Source of the DNA: Psilocybe cubensis
Taxonomy: Eukaryota
NCBI GenBank assembly: GCA_017499595.2
Contig: CM039010.1
Span: forward strand, 1,922,001 to 1,986,000
Direction: 5' to 3'
DNA: 64,000 nucleotides
Shown: one piece after another, positions 27,470-38,991 of the stretch
Layout: each line of letters starts with the position of its first letter
How positions within the stretch are numbered: the first letter of the stretch is position 1
Position numbers and translations under genes: made by a program
The notes under the pieces: generated by a model
What the model was told of the DNA's origin: nothing
The model's database searches: none
The model's input: the letters and a program-made list of their open reading frames with translations, nothing else

Positions 27470-28508
27470 CTATACTTGAATCATTGTCACTGTTTGAACC
27501 GACCACCCATCGTCTTCCAGAAAGTCATCCTGCACCACCTGCGATTGCATACTTCGGGACAAAATGCCACTGAATGGCGATTCCTCCTGGAGTATACTCT
27601 CGAAAGAAGCCGGACGCGTGGACAAGAAGAGCCTAAAGAACCCAAGGTCCTTCTTGACGCCAGGCGGAAGCAAGAAGGACCAAGGAGTCGCACCGCCATC
27701 CCCGTGGCCGATCGCGAGCGCCAATCGAGCAGGAAGCGGCGCGTCGACCTTTGTCGTTTGTGCATTCTTACCTGCCCCTATCGCAGGCAAATACGATCCG
27801 CCTGTCCAAGGCAACAGTTTAGGTGCTTGCATTTTGTGGAAAGATGATTCGCCTCTCACCTATGGTCAACTCGCTTGGATCAAAGTAAAAAAGATATGGG
27901 TATAGATCACGATCGCTGTTGTTGTATATTGTGACTCCCATCGGAACGTCTTCGTCAACAACCATGGTGACTGGCTCTTCAGTTAGGATGTTCTCCCCAT
28001 CCGTTTTGAACACTTGGTCAAATTCTTCGGTCATCGTGGCTGAGAGTTTGTAGAGCTCCATATGCACGCCCTCAAACTGGCACGGTGGCTTCCGGCAAAG
28101 GTTGTGGTAGAAGTGAAGTGACGCTTTCACGATTGCCCGAATGGTTGTAACGTCATCACAGTCGGCGTCTTTTCGCATGAGAGAGCCAATGTGGTTGGAA
28201 ACCATTTCATTGAATTGATATATGCGAACTCGTCCGTCCGCCACAGCAAATTCGATGTCAGATTCCTTCCGAGTGTCCACAATTGTTGCACACAAACTAG
28301 ACTGTAATGAAGGCGGGAACACAGATTCTAGCCAAGTCTTGTTTGTGCTGTAGACACGAATACCCTTGTTCGCGAGCCGGTCCAGTTTACAGTAGAAAAG
28401 TAAAGGTAGTCGAACTGTTGGACTATCCCGGGGTAAGATAAGAGTAGAAGAAAAAGTGTCCACATGTGAAGCCATAAAGTATCCCAAGCACGGATTAGAC
28501 TGAAGAGG
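27470..28508 (-). pseudogene. Metacaspase-like gene, 3' part (downstream of LTR insertion)
   Basis: The reading frame continues across the TSD (LIETPL/QSNPCLGYFM). The C-terminal segment GVTIYNNSDRDLYPYLFYFDPSELTI is DUF4384-like by eye. Confidence 0.82.
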
Positions 28509-28825
28509 TGTGATGATTCGTTCAATTACTAACTACTTATTTAGCATAGATACTCGTGACTGACTAGTAGATTAGATCATGGACACTCACGGGCACTCTA
28601 GATAGGTGTTGGAATCATTGTATTGGATTCGGGACTGATTATTTGGGCTGACATATTTGTATTCTGACTCAAGTAACTACGTATTTAGTCCGTTTCGCGA
28701 TTCGGATAGTATATAGTCTGTATTTTACGAGGTTGATTCCTCACGGAATCAACCCAGTGCCAGATTCCTAATTCCACACTCCATTTCGGGCACCTTCTCC
28801 TTTTTGTATATTTGAGTTTCTGAAA
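28509..28825 (+). repeat. 5' LTR
   Basis: TGTGATGATTCG...GAGTTTCTGAAA. By eye it matches the 3' LTR except at the penultimate base. Confidence 0.96.
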
Positions 28826-28863
28826 AGTTTGATTCCGTCGCAAATCCTCTGTGCGAAATCATC

Positions 28864-29871
28864 ATGTCCGAACAAACTACTCCTATCAATCCAGAGGACC
28901 CAACTCCTAGTCAGCCACAATACGTTACCGACTTCACTCGCATGCTCGAGGCTCTTACGACTCAACAAGTCAACCTCGAGGGAGCTTTCACTCGGTTTCT
29001 CAATATGCAAAATCACGCGTTATCCGCTCCTCCACCTGTTCACGCGTCTACTCCAAGACCATCGGGAGGGCACGTTAAAATACGCGAGCCGATTATGTTT
29101 AGTGGCAAAATGGACGAAGTCACGCCATTTATTAACGACCTTCGTCGCATCCAGGAGTTTAACTCGCAGGATTTCCCGACCGATCATAAGAAGGTCTTAT
29201 ATGCTGGCATGTACCTTAAGGCCGGGATTCCTTTGGAGTGGTTTGCTCATCTCGAGAATATCAACTCTCCCTTGCTTCATGATTGGGATGGCTTCATTCG
29301 CGCGTTTAAGGATAAATTCGCAGATCCTAGACTCACGCTTACCGCCGACCAGAAGCTAGATGCCCTTGTTCAAACGAAATCCGCACATGATTATTTAACT
29401 CAATTCCTTGAGTTATCTTCTCATCTCGACATGACCGAACAGACTAAAATTAATCGATTTATGAAGGGTCTCAAGCCAACCATTAAAGATCACTTAGTCG
29501 GAATTGTAGATCGCCCTACTACACTTGCCGATTGGGAGTATATCGTGATTCAGATTGACTCTAATCTTCATCAACGCGACATGGAACGTCGTCGCGAAGA
29601 AAAGAAGAATCCAATCTCCAAACCAACTCGCATTACTCCTCCTACTTCTTCTGCTGTCGCTTCCAATCCGGATGTTGTCCCAATGGACGTCGATGCTGTT
29701 TCAACTGCTGCTCCAAAAACGACTGGCAAACTTAACCCTCAAGAGCGTCAGCGTCGCATTGACAAGAACCTTTGTCTTTATTGCGGTAGTGCTGACCACA
29801 AGGTGAACGCTTGCCCCATTTGTCAAGCCAAATACGGCGAGTACCCAAAAGCCCAGCCGGAGAGGAAATAG
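28864..29871 (+). CDS. gag: Retrotransposon Gag
   Basis: 335-aa ORF with REPIMFSG, FMKGLK, PMDVD and a CCHC knuckle CLYCGSADHKVNAC. Confidence 0.95.
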   Translation: MSEQTTPINPEDPTPSQPQYVTDFTRMLEALTTQQVNLEGAFTRFLNMQNHALSAPPPVHASTPRPSGGHVKIREPIMFSGKMDEVTPFINDLRRIQEFNSQDFPTDHKKVLYAGMYLKAGIPLEWFAHLENINSPLLHDWDGFIRAFKDKFADPRLTLTADQKLDALVQTKSAHDYLTQFLELSSHLDMTEQTKINRFMKGLKPTIKDHLVGIVDRPTTLADWEYIVIQIDSNLHQRDMERRREEKKNPISKPTRITPPTSSAVASNPDVVPMDVDAVSTAAPKTTGKLNPQERQRRIDKNLCLYCGSADHKVNACPICQAKYGEYPKAQPERK

Positions 29872-32800
29872 TTCCTACTTCTTCGGCGACAGATGGAACT
29901 GATCTTAGTTCATCCTGTCGCGCCCCACCATTCATCCGTGCCAAGAGCGGAGAATGGATATCAGTTTCTAGTGCTCCTAGGTTTACGTTTCATCATCATG
30001 TCCGGTTAGATCCTATGAATAGATCCCACTTCTTTATTCCGATAACGATCTCATTTCCTAACCGTCAAGCAATCAAAACCTACGCATTCGTGGACTGTGG
30101 CGCGACACTCTCTCATATTTCCGAATCATTCGTTAAACGACACTCATTACCCAAGACCATCAAACCTAAACCTGTCCCCATCTATACTATTGACGACAGG
30201 CCTTTGTCTTCTGGACTTCTCACTCACGACGTTATTACGTCACTCAAAGTTCGGACACATTCAGAGGTTATCAAATTAGGCATTGTTTCTATGCCATATC
30301 CAGTACTTCTTGGCCTTGATTGGCTTCGTGAGCATAATCCTGATATAGATTGGATCCGCGGCAAATTGGCTTTATCTTGTTGCGGCGCCAATCATCATTT
30401 TCCTGTTTCGGCCTTCGGCAAAGGCTATAGTCTTGCAAGTCCATCGGTCACCTCTCATCTTTCTGTATCTTCAGTCGGACTAGGCCTACGTCTATTCCAA
30501 AAGAAGCCCATCATTCAATCTTTGCCAGATCTCTCTCCGGCTCCTACTCCGGTCCGTGAGAAGTTCACACCAGGCATCTTTTCTAATTTTAGAACGATGC
30601 CATCAATCATTCGACCTGTCACTCCAACCGGCCCTAGTCGTGCGGAACTCTTGTCTATTTGGTGCACCCCTCCAGAACCTCAGCTTCCTGTCTATGGTCC
30701 CCCAAACAAACCTATCAATATATCCAAACTTTCCCCTCAACGTTTCAAGAAGTACGCCAAGAGTGCTGCGATTAATTGTGTCTGGTACACAACAAATGCA
30801 GAACTTAAAGTACGTATCAACGCGTTGACAAGTGACGCTGATGCACCAATAGATATCGCCGAGGATGATCCAATACCTCTTCCTATGGACGATGTACCTG
30901 ACCCTGACGAGGTGCTCAGGAAAACCATACCAGAAGCATACCATGAATTCCTCGACGTATTCTCACCCGTAGAGGTCCTCAAGATGCCTGAACATCGTCC
31001 ATTCAACATCAATATCGAAATCGAAGATGGAAAGGAACCACCTTTCGGACCAATTTATTCATTAACCCCAGACGAGCGAAGAGTACTGGCAGAATATATC
31101 GAAGAACAACTCGAGAAAGGTTACATTCGTTGCTCGTCATCCTCAGCCTCCTCGCCTATCTTATTTGTCAAGAAAAAGACGGGCGAACTTCGTCTCTGTG
31201 TAGATTATCGCGGGCTCAATGCGATAACCAAGAAGAACAGGTATCCACTACCTCTTACGAACGATTTAATTGACAGAGTTGCAGGTTGTGATCGTTTCAC
31301 GGTGATCGACCTCAAAAACGCATTCAATTTAATCCGAGTTAAAGAAGGAGATGAATGGAAAACGGCCTTTCGAACTCACTTAGGTTTATTTGAGTATACA
31401 GTCATGCCTTTTGGTTTAACGAATGCACCCGCCACATTTCAGGCGTTTATTCAGGACACGCTAAGAGAGATCCTTGATATATTCTGCATTGTATATATCG
31501 ATGACATACTAATCTACTCTAAACCCGGACAGGATCACGACGAGCTCGTACGTCAAGTCCTCGAAAGACTCCGAAATTCCAAACTATTCGCAAATGCCAA
31601 GAAATGCGAATTCAAGAAAACCCAGGTCGAATATCTAGGATTCATTATCTCTTCTCAGGGTGTCCAGATGAATCCGAAAAAATTATCTACCATCACAGAC
31701 TGGCCAATGCCACGCACGGTCAAGGAGATCCAATCATTCCTCGGATTTACAAATTTCTACCGCAGATTTGTTGATCATTATTCCGAAACTGTACTTGCAT
31801 TAACCAGTCTAACGTCAAAGGCAGCAAAAGCGTCTTTTAACGGAATTACAGAGGCCGCTCAATCCGCTTTCGAACGCTTAAAACTCGCATTTACGACTGC
31901 TCCTGTGCTTCAGCACTTCGACCCTCTCAAACCTAGCACAATTGTCACGGATGCTTCGGACTTTGCTATCTCTTCTATTCTCCTTCAACCAAATGACAAT
32001 AACTTATTACAACCCGTTGCTTATCACTCTAGGAAACTATCTCCGGCGGAAATTAACTACGAGATATACGACAAGGAACTTCTCGCCATTGTCGATACTC
32101 TTCGCGACATGCGCTCATGGCTTGTCGGTTCCCCGCACCCAGTTTCCGTCCTCTGCGATCACAAGAATCTTGAATATTTCATGACATCGAAAACGCTGAA
32201 TCGTCGTCAGGCGCGTTGGTCAATGTTGCTATCGGAATACGACTTTCAACTCGACTACAAACCTGGAAAATCGAACCCTGCTGACGCCGCATCACGTCGC
32301 CCGGACTTCGCGCCTAAAGAGGGGGATGACGTCGTTAAAATTCAATTCAAACCAATTTTGACTGAGTACCATCTTCAAAGATTGTTCCCTTCTAACAAAC
32401 CTTCGTCAGAACCACCAACAATCTCTTCAATGTCCACCTTCACGCTGGATAACTCGGAGTTATTGGATGAGTTTAAAGAAGCTTTTAGACATGATCTATA
32501 GTGGCGCGAAGCCCGTACTCAATGCGATGAGTCATTCACTTCTGTAAATGATTTAGTCTTTCACAACGGTCGTCTCTACGTTCCAGAATCCCTTCGTCCC
32601 AAAATTCTGCAACTTCGCCACAATTCAGTACTTTCGGGTCACCCTGGACGCGCAGGAACTTATGACCTAGTTGCAAGAGATTTTTCCTGGCCAAATATGC
32701 GACGTTACGTGCGATCCTATGTGTCTTCCTGTGATCACTGCGCCAGAAATAAGATCTTCCCTCACAAACCTTATGGACTACTCCAACCCTTGGATATTCC

Positions 32801-34091
32801 TCATCGTCCCTGGTCGTCAATCTCCATGGACTTTATTACAAAGTTGCCTTTATCTCATGGTTACGACACGATATGGGTTATTTGTGACCGGATGACAAGG
32901 GCCGCTCATTTTATTCCAGTGAATGAATCCATGGATGCACCAACACTCGCGCGCATATACATGGACAGGATCTTTCGTCATCACGGTTTCCCTCATTCCA
33001 TCGTCTGCGACAGAGGATCCGTTTTCATATCGTCATTCCTTACAAACCTTATGAAACTCTGCGGAACAAAAATGCGACCATCAACGGCTTATCATCCACA
33101 AACGGACGGGCTCACTGAGAGGACAAATCAGACTCTGGAAGTATACTTGCGCGCCTTCTGTTCATACAATCAGGACGATTGGGTTGACTATTTAGCGACA
33201 GCTGAGTTTTCGTTTAACAACACGATCAATTCCTCTACTCAGCAGACACCATTCTATGCCAACCTAGGATATCATCCTGATTTCGAAATCAAGATCTCCG
33301 AACGCTCAACAAATCCTCTGGCAAATGATGTCGCTTCGCACCTCGACATCATACATCGAGAACTTCGTGCCGAGTTACAGCATTCAAACGAATACATTGC
33401 TCATCAATATAATCAACACCACATTCCTGGACCTGACTTCAAACTCGGAGACCTGGTCTGGTTACGTCGTTGCAACATCAAGACAACAAGACCTTCGGAC
33501 AAACTAGATTATCGCAAGATAGGACCCTTCAAAATCCTTGACAAGAAAGGATCATCATCATTTCTTCTCGACCTTCCTCGCTCTCTATCTCGTTTACACC
33601 CTGTCTTCCATGTGTCGCTCTTGGAACCTTATATTCAAAGCAACCTATCACATCCTGAATTCCCTTCGAAACTGATTTTGGAAGAAGACCCCACACCAAA
33701 AATCAAGAAAGTTCTGGACTGTCGTCGAGTCGGCAGGCGATACGACTACTTGTTGTCCTGGCAGGAACTCCCTGATTCAGAAAACTCTTGGGTCCCATTT
33801 TCGGAAATCTCGCGACGCGACTATGACATTATTGAAACTTTCCATCGTCGAAATCGCTTGAAGCCTCACCCCCCTCGCTTCGATTTCTCCGCTCTACCCC
33901 ATGTTCAACCTCAAAGTTTTACGGACATACCAAACGCTCCAATCGTCGACTACTTGGACCCACAAGTATACATAGACAAGTCTAATATACAATCCAAACC
34001 TTGGATGAAGGAATACGAACCACCTCATCATCAACATTCACGAACCGGCCGAACAATAAAACCCCCTTCACGATACCTCGCTCAGGCCTAA
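29811..34091 (+). CDS. pol: Retrotransposon Pol (PR, RT, RNase H, integrase, chromodomain) with one in-frame TAG at 32499-32501
   Basis: FVDCGAT protease, VYIDDILIYS RT, TDASDFA RNase H, GHPG..CDHC zinc finger, SISMDFI and TDGLTERTNQ integrase, YLLSWQ..ENSWVP chromodomain. The frame stays open after the TAG. Confidence 0.93.
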
Positions 34092-34102
34092 CGAGGGGGT
34101 AC

Positions 34103-34419
34103 TGTGATGATTCGTTCAATTACTAACTACTTATTTAGCATAGATACTCGTGACTGACTAGTAGATTAGATCATGGACACTCACGGGCACTCTAGATAGG
34201 TGTTGGAATCATTGTATTGGATTCGGGACTGATTATTTGGGCTGACATATTTGTATTCTGACTCAAGTAACTACGTATTTAGTCCGTTTCGCGATTCGGA
34301 TAGTATATAGTCTGTATTTTACGAGGTTGATTCCTCACGGAATCAACCCAGTGCCAGATTCCTAATTCCACACTCCATTTCGGGCACCTTCTCCTTTTTG
34401 TATATTTGAGTTTCTGACA
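34103..34419 (+). repeat. 3' LTR
   Basis: TG...CA termini, preceded by the PPT and followed by TSD AGAGG. Confidence 0.96.
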
Positions 34420-35816
34420 AGAGGAGTCTCTATCAAGTTAGTAGCATAGGCAGCAAAGCGCGAGCCTTTGGTAATTCCTTGAGCCGAGCCTGCTTGTAAA
34501 ATAATTTCATCTTTGTCCTTGATTCGATGCGTCAATATCATGGACTTGTCACCACCATTAACCCAGTTATTGAACAGCCGTTGGTTTATACCTTCTCCTT
34601 CACAATGTGGAGTTTGTCTGATACAAAATTAACAAAGCAAAAGTCAACTCTCCATTCCAGTTATAAATGGCGATAAAATATGATACCCACCTCTCCGGCA
34701 TTTTGAGTCTGTGCATCAAAGAGACATATGTCAGATTTCTGATGTCCTCTTTGTTCAAAATTTTCAACAGATGATGTGTGAATAGCCCTCGTTTTGTTCT
34801 TGGATTCTCAAGAGCGAAATTTTCTCGTCCGCAAGCTGCTAATAGCACATGCAAATGCGAGTTTTGCAATTGAACGTCATTCTTGGCCGTTCGTCCCCCC
34901 CTGGTCCCGAAGTAGAATAAGCTTTCATCCGCGCTGGCATGGATGGAAGGAGGATTGGTGATACCTCGGATAGTATATGGGTCTTTTTTAGAGCTCCTGG
35001 ACATCCCAGCTGAGCTGCAGCAATCAAGTATTACAGTCTGATATAGATCCAACATCAACCTTCGATAGACCATTGGATAGCCAGAAAAACACTTACAATA
35101 TTATTCCCTTTGGCATCCGCAATTTGACTGAGAAGTACAGATATAGTTCGATCAGGAATTCCTGCAACCGCGGATTGCTGAGCTGGCTGTAAGTGTAATA
35201 CTCCGCTCCTGCCCGTCATAGTTCCGATGTCGCTCGGGCACAACATTTCTATCATGCCCGTCGGTGTTATCCAATCGTTCCATTCTGTAGGTTTCTGGGT
35301 TTGCGCGCCGTGTCCCGCGAAGTAGAAGATGATTGCACATTCGTCCCTCTGATACGCCGCATTGTCTCTCAGCCAGATGAAAGACGATATAATGTTCTTC
35401 CTAGTCGCCTGTTCATCTCGCAAACTGCAAATGTTTTGCGCGGGCACGTTTAGGCGGGTGGTAAGGTATTCCTCAAAAGCGTCTGCGTCGTTTGTAGCAC
35501 CGTTTAGATTAGGGTATTCGTCGGAGGTGTATTTGTTTATGCCTATTACCACTGCGAGTATGGGGGGTGTCGTTTCTCTAGATGTAGTGTTGGTCACTCA
35601 ATGTATTTGCCGTGAGATTAGCGCTTGGACTTACAGAGATAGAGGGTATACGTAGGGTGTTACAGGGCTGGAAATAGGGCAAGGTGTACGCTCCGCCGAG
35701 TTGTTCTAGGTGACTTCATGTATTCGCAGTGTGAGGAACCCCGAGAGCACATGTCGAGAAGTGAGCGGTGGAAGCCGGTCGATATGCAGTGAAGAGAGAG
35801 GTCGAAAAGAATCCAT
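34420..35816 (-). pseudogene. Metacaspase-like (peptidase C14) gene, 5' part with catalytic domain
   Basis: LAVVIGINKY..LNGATNDA, FYFAGHG (His), VILDCCSSAG (Cys), HVLLAACG..GLFTHHLL. Putative ATG at 35816 with a possible premature TAG at 35706-35708. The start is tentative. Confidence 0.87.
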
Positions 35817-38800
35817 TCAACGTTTTAATCAAGTGGGAACCCTTTTATTATTATAAATAAATTCCCTTGTATTTAAGTGCACTGCCATAATGTCCAGATT
35901 GGAAGCTGCCCGAAGTAGGTACAATTATACATTTATTCTCCCGAACTCGAAGCCTCTGGAATATGGCAAAACGACGGAGCCCAGGCTGCCGATGTAATAA
36001 TAGGCAATAATGCCTATGAGTTTTTCTTACCAAACTAATGTTCAACGTTCAAGCTTCAAGCTTCATGTCGAGGGCCGGTCTAACACGCCAGGAACAGCTT
36101 TCGGTACAGCTAAATCACAGTTCAATGATTTTGTGTTGCTACCGACAAACACCGCGGAGGCTTGACCAAATTAGCGCCGATTCACAGTGTAAAATGAATG
36201 AAATGCAAATTGACATCTTCCACGTCATTTGACACGCGTTAGGGCTCACTCGAACGTCATTTGAGCAGGAAGCGGCTTGCTGCACCAATAGCAACAACAT
36301 GACTTGAATCGACAGCCGTGATGCGGCACTAGCAAGTCATAGTAGCTGTAATTGATGTAAATGTTCATCATGGAAAATTTCCTACACGTTCCGGTTATAA
36401 GTACCTCATTGTAGATACCAGACAGGCGCAAATCGCCGCAAAAAAAAGCACTCAAAATAACTCAATCCCGTTTTAAAGATTCGTAGCATACTTAAGGAAA
36501 CAAAACCACTCTCCCTTCGACACCCACTACTGTACTTTAAGCGCTGACGGTGATGCAACCCACAAACACATGATACCGATCCACTTAGACGCTCGCCCAA
36601 CCCTCTACCGCTGTGTCAGCACTGGCCATCCGGAGTTGGAAAAAAACAAGTTGAAGAGTTTAATATAAGGAGTAAAACTGCAAACCCTATTTTACCACTG
36701 AGTAAGTACCGTAATAAGTGCAGCCTCCATTTCCGGGATTGCCACCTAATATTAATGCTCATCATGGTAATTATGTAGTACCCCGGCGGAAATGCACATG
36801 TTCTGCTAAAAATACTGTACAACACAGACATCAATCGTAAGGCACTGCACAATATTTTTACCAAAAGATTTACAGCTACTTTCATATCGATAGGCCTAAA
36901 ATGAAAATTTATACATACACGGAGAATGAAATTTCAATTGGCGGAGCTTGGATGTGAGTCCGGCAATATGCCAAGATATTCGGCGGGCATATATATAGAA
37001 CACAACACGTAAAAGTTTAGGGGAAGATATAATTTTTTCAGAGTCGATTATAGGGTGATGCTATGGTGTTAGGTTTTGTGTCATTCAGATTGCACTCCAA
37101 AGACATTTTTAAGGCCATTTCTTTCTCGACTTTGGCAATATGTCAACACATCGTTGAAGATCGTGCCACTGTTCAAAATAGAAACATAGCCGAAATGACT
37201 CGCTGTAAACCCAAAAATCCATATAACACGCAAAGAAGATGCACACGTACATTGTATCTAGTATACCTATACTCATCAGAATTATCATTACCATTATATC
37301 ACCGCAAGTCTAACAGATTCCAGAACGCCCCTCGCTCCTGTCCCAATTACCTCGAGGCATTCGCTTCTTCCTCATTCCTCCTTCCTCCTTCCTCTGCTTT
37401 CCTTCCTTGTCCTTCCTCTGCCTCACCCCATCGCCTCAAGGCTTAATTCACATACCCGCCTACCCACACCATCTTCTAAAGCCATATATACCGTCACACA
37501 GACTACACACACTGCAGAGCAGAATCTGGGAACCTCGGCCATCGTGGATTCGTGGGCCAATTTTTTCGCTCATATTGTCATACTGATAGCGCAATGATAG
37601 CAAAAGGTATGGCGATATGCGGATATACGGTAATGCGGGCGAGGCGTTGTAATAGTGTAATAGTTAAGAATGGCAGGCTGAGCCTGTACTTGACATAGAC
37701 GTAGACGTAGACGTAGATATAGACAGGCGGTGGAAGGAGGGAGGTAATGGTCTGGGTTACCGTGGTACAAGGACGATCATGCGGTAAGCAGTGGCATGGC
37801 TCTGGGCCTCTGGCAAAACTGAGAAAACTGAGAGATAGAGGCACTGGGCAGACGTTCGACGAACATTGAACATTGAACATTGAACATCAAACGAAGGTTT
37901 GAACGTATCCACGGGGCCCAGATTCAAGTACGAGGAAATCAGGCTCTGAGACTATACGATCGTCAGCAATACCACCTAGGGAAATAACCAAAAAGTCACG
38001 GTCAAAAAGCCACGCAACACAACCAGGCAGCACCAAAAAATAAAAACGCAGACAGCAACTAACAACCAGCAAAAAACAGAGACACAAACATCATGAAGTT
38101 TTTGAACCAGGGTATCACCTGGACCTATATACGTAGTATCTACTAGTACTACACCTGTCACCGACTGGTACCAACCAACACACCGACATACCAACCGTGA
38201 CCTCAACTTTCAACGTCTTCATTCTAATGCTAATGCTATCCTACAAGAAACAAAAAGAAAAAGAAAAAATCATCAACGAACAAACAAACAGACGAAGATG
38301 AACACGACAAAGAAGCAAAAATCGCAAAATCGCAAAACGCAAAAATCGCAGAACACAGAACACAGAACACAGACGAAAAAAAAGAAAAAAAAAAGATGAC
38401 AAAAAAAACATAAATCGTGTATCCCGAAAATCCCACTGACTTCATGATCAACAATCAACAATCAATTAAAAAAGAAGAAAGAAAGAACTTGGAAACTAAA
38501 TCATTGAAATAAGCAGCAGCGGGTCACTAAAAACAAAAAAGCAAAAAATAAAAAACAAAAAAGGAGTAAAAGCGTAAAAAGACGAAAAAAGACGAAAAAA
38601 GAAAAAGAAAGAAAACAACATCTATCTTTAAACAATACGAAAAGTAACACAAGTAAGTACTAACACTAACACTAACACTAACACGTACAGACTAACAAGT
38701 AACAACCAATATCATCATCATCATCATCAAAAAAAAGAAAAAAGCACAAGCACAAGCGCAACTAAAAGATGGAAGACGCAAAGACTGAATATGAATATAA

Positions 38801-38991
38801 CCCAAGAAACACAAAACACAAAACACCAGGTACCAATCGAATCGTTCATTCAACAACAACAACACACCAAACACACACAAAAAAATCCCCTCCCAAAACC
38901 CTCCAAAACCTCTCCAAAACCCCCTCCCCCCCCACACACACAAAACCCACACCTCTACACCCCCCACTCAACACCTCAACACCATCCTAAC

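Larger units (their letters stand above)
28509..34419 (+). mobile_element. Full-length Ty3/gypsy chromovirus LTR retrotransposon (5911 bp)
   Basis: Two 317-bp LTRs, 5-bp TSD AGAGG (28504-28508 and 34420-34424), PPT ACGAGGGGG before the 3' LTR, and gag plus PR-RT-RH-IN-chromodomain order. Confidence 0.97.
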
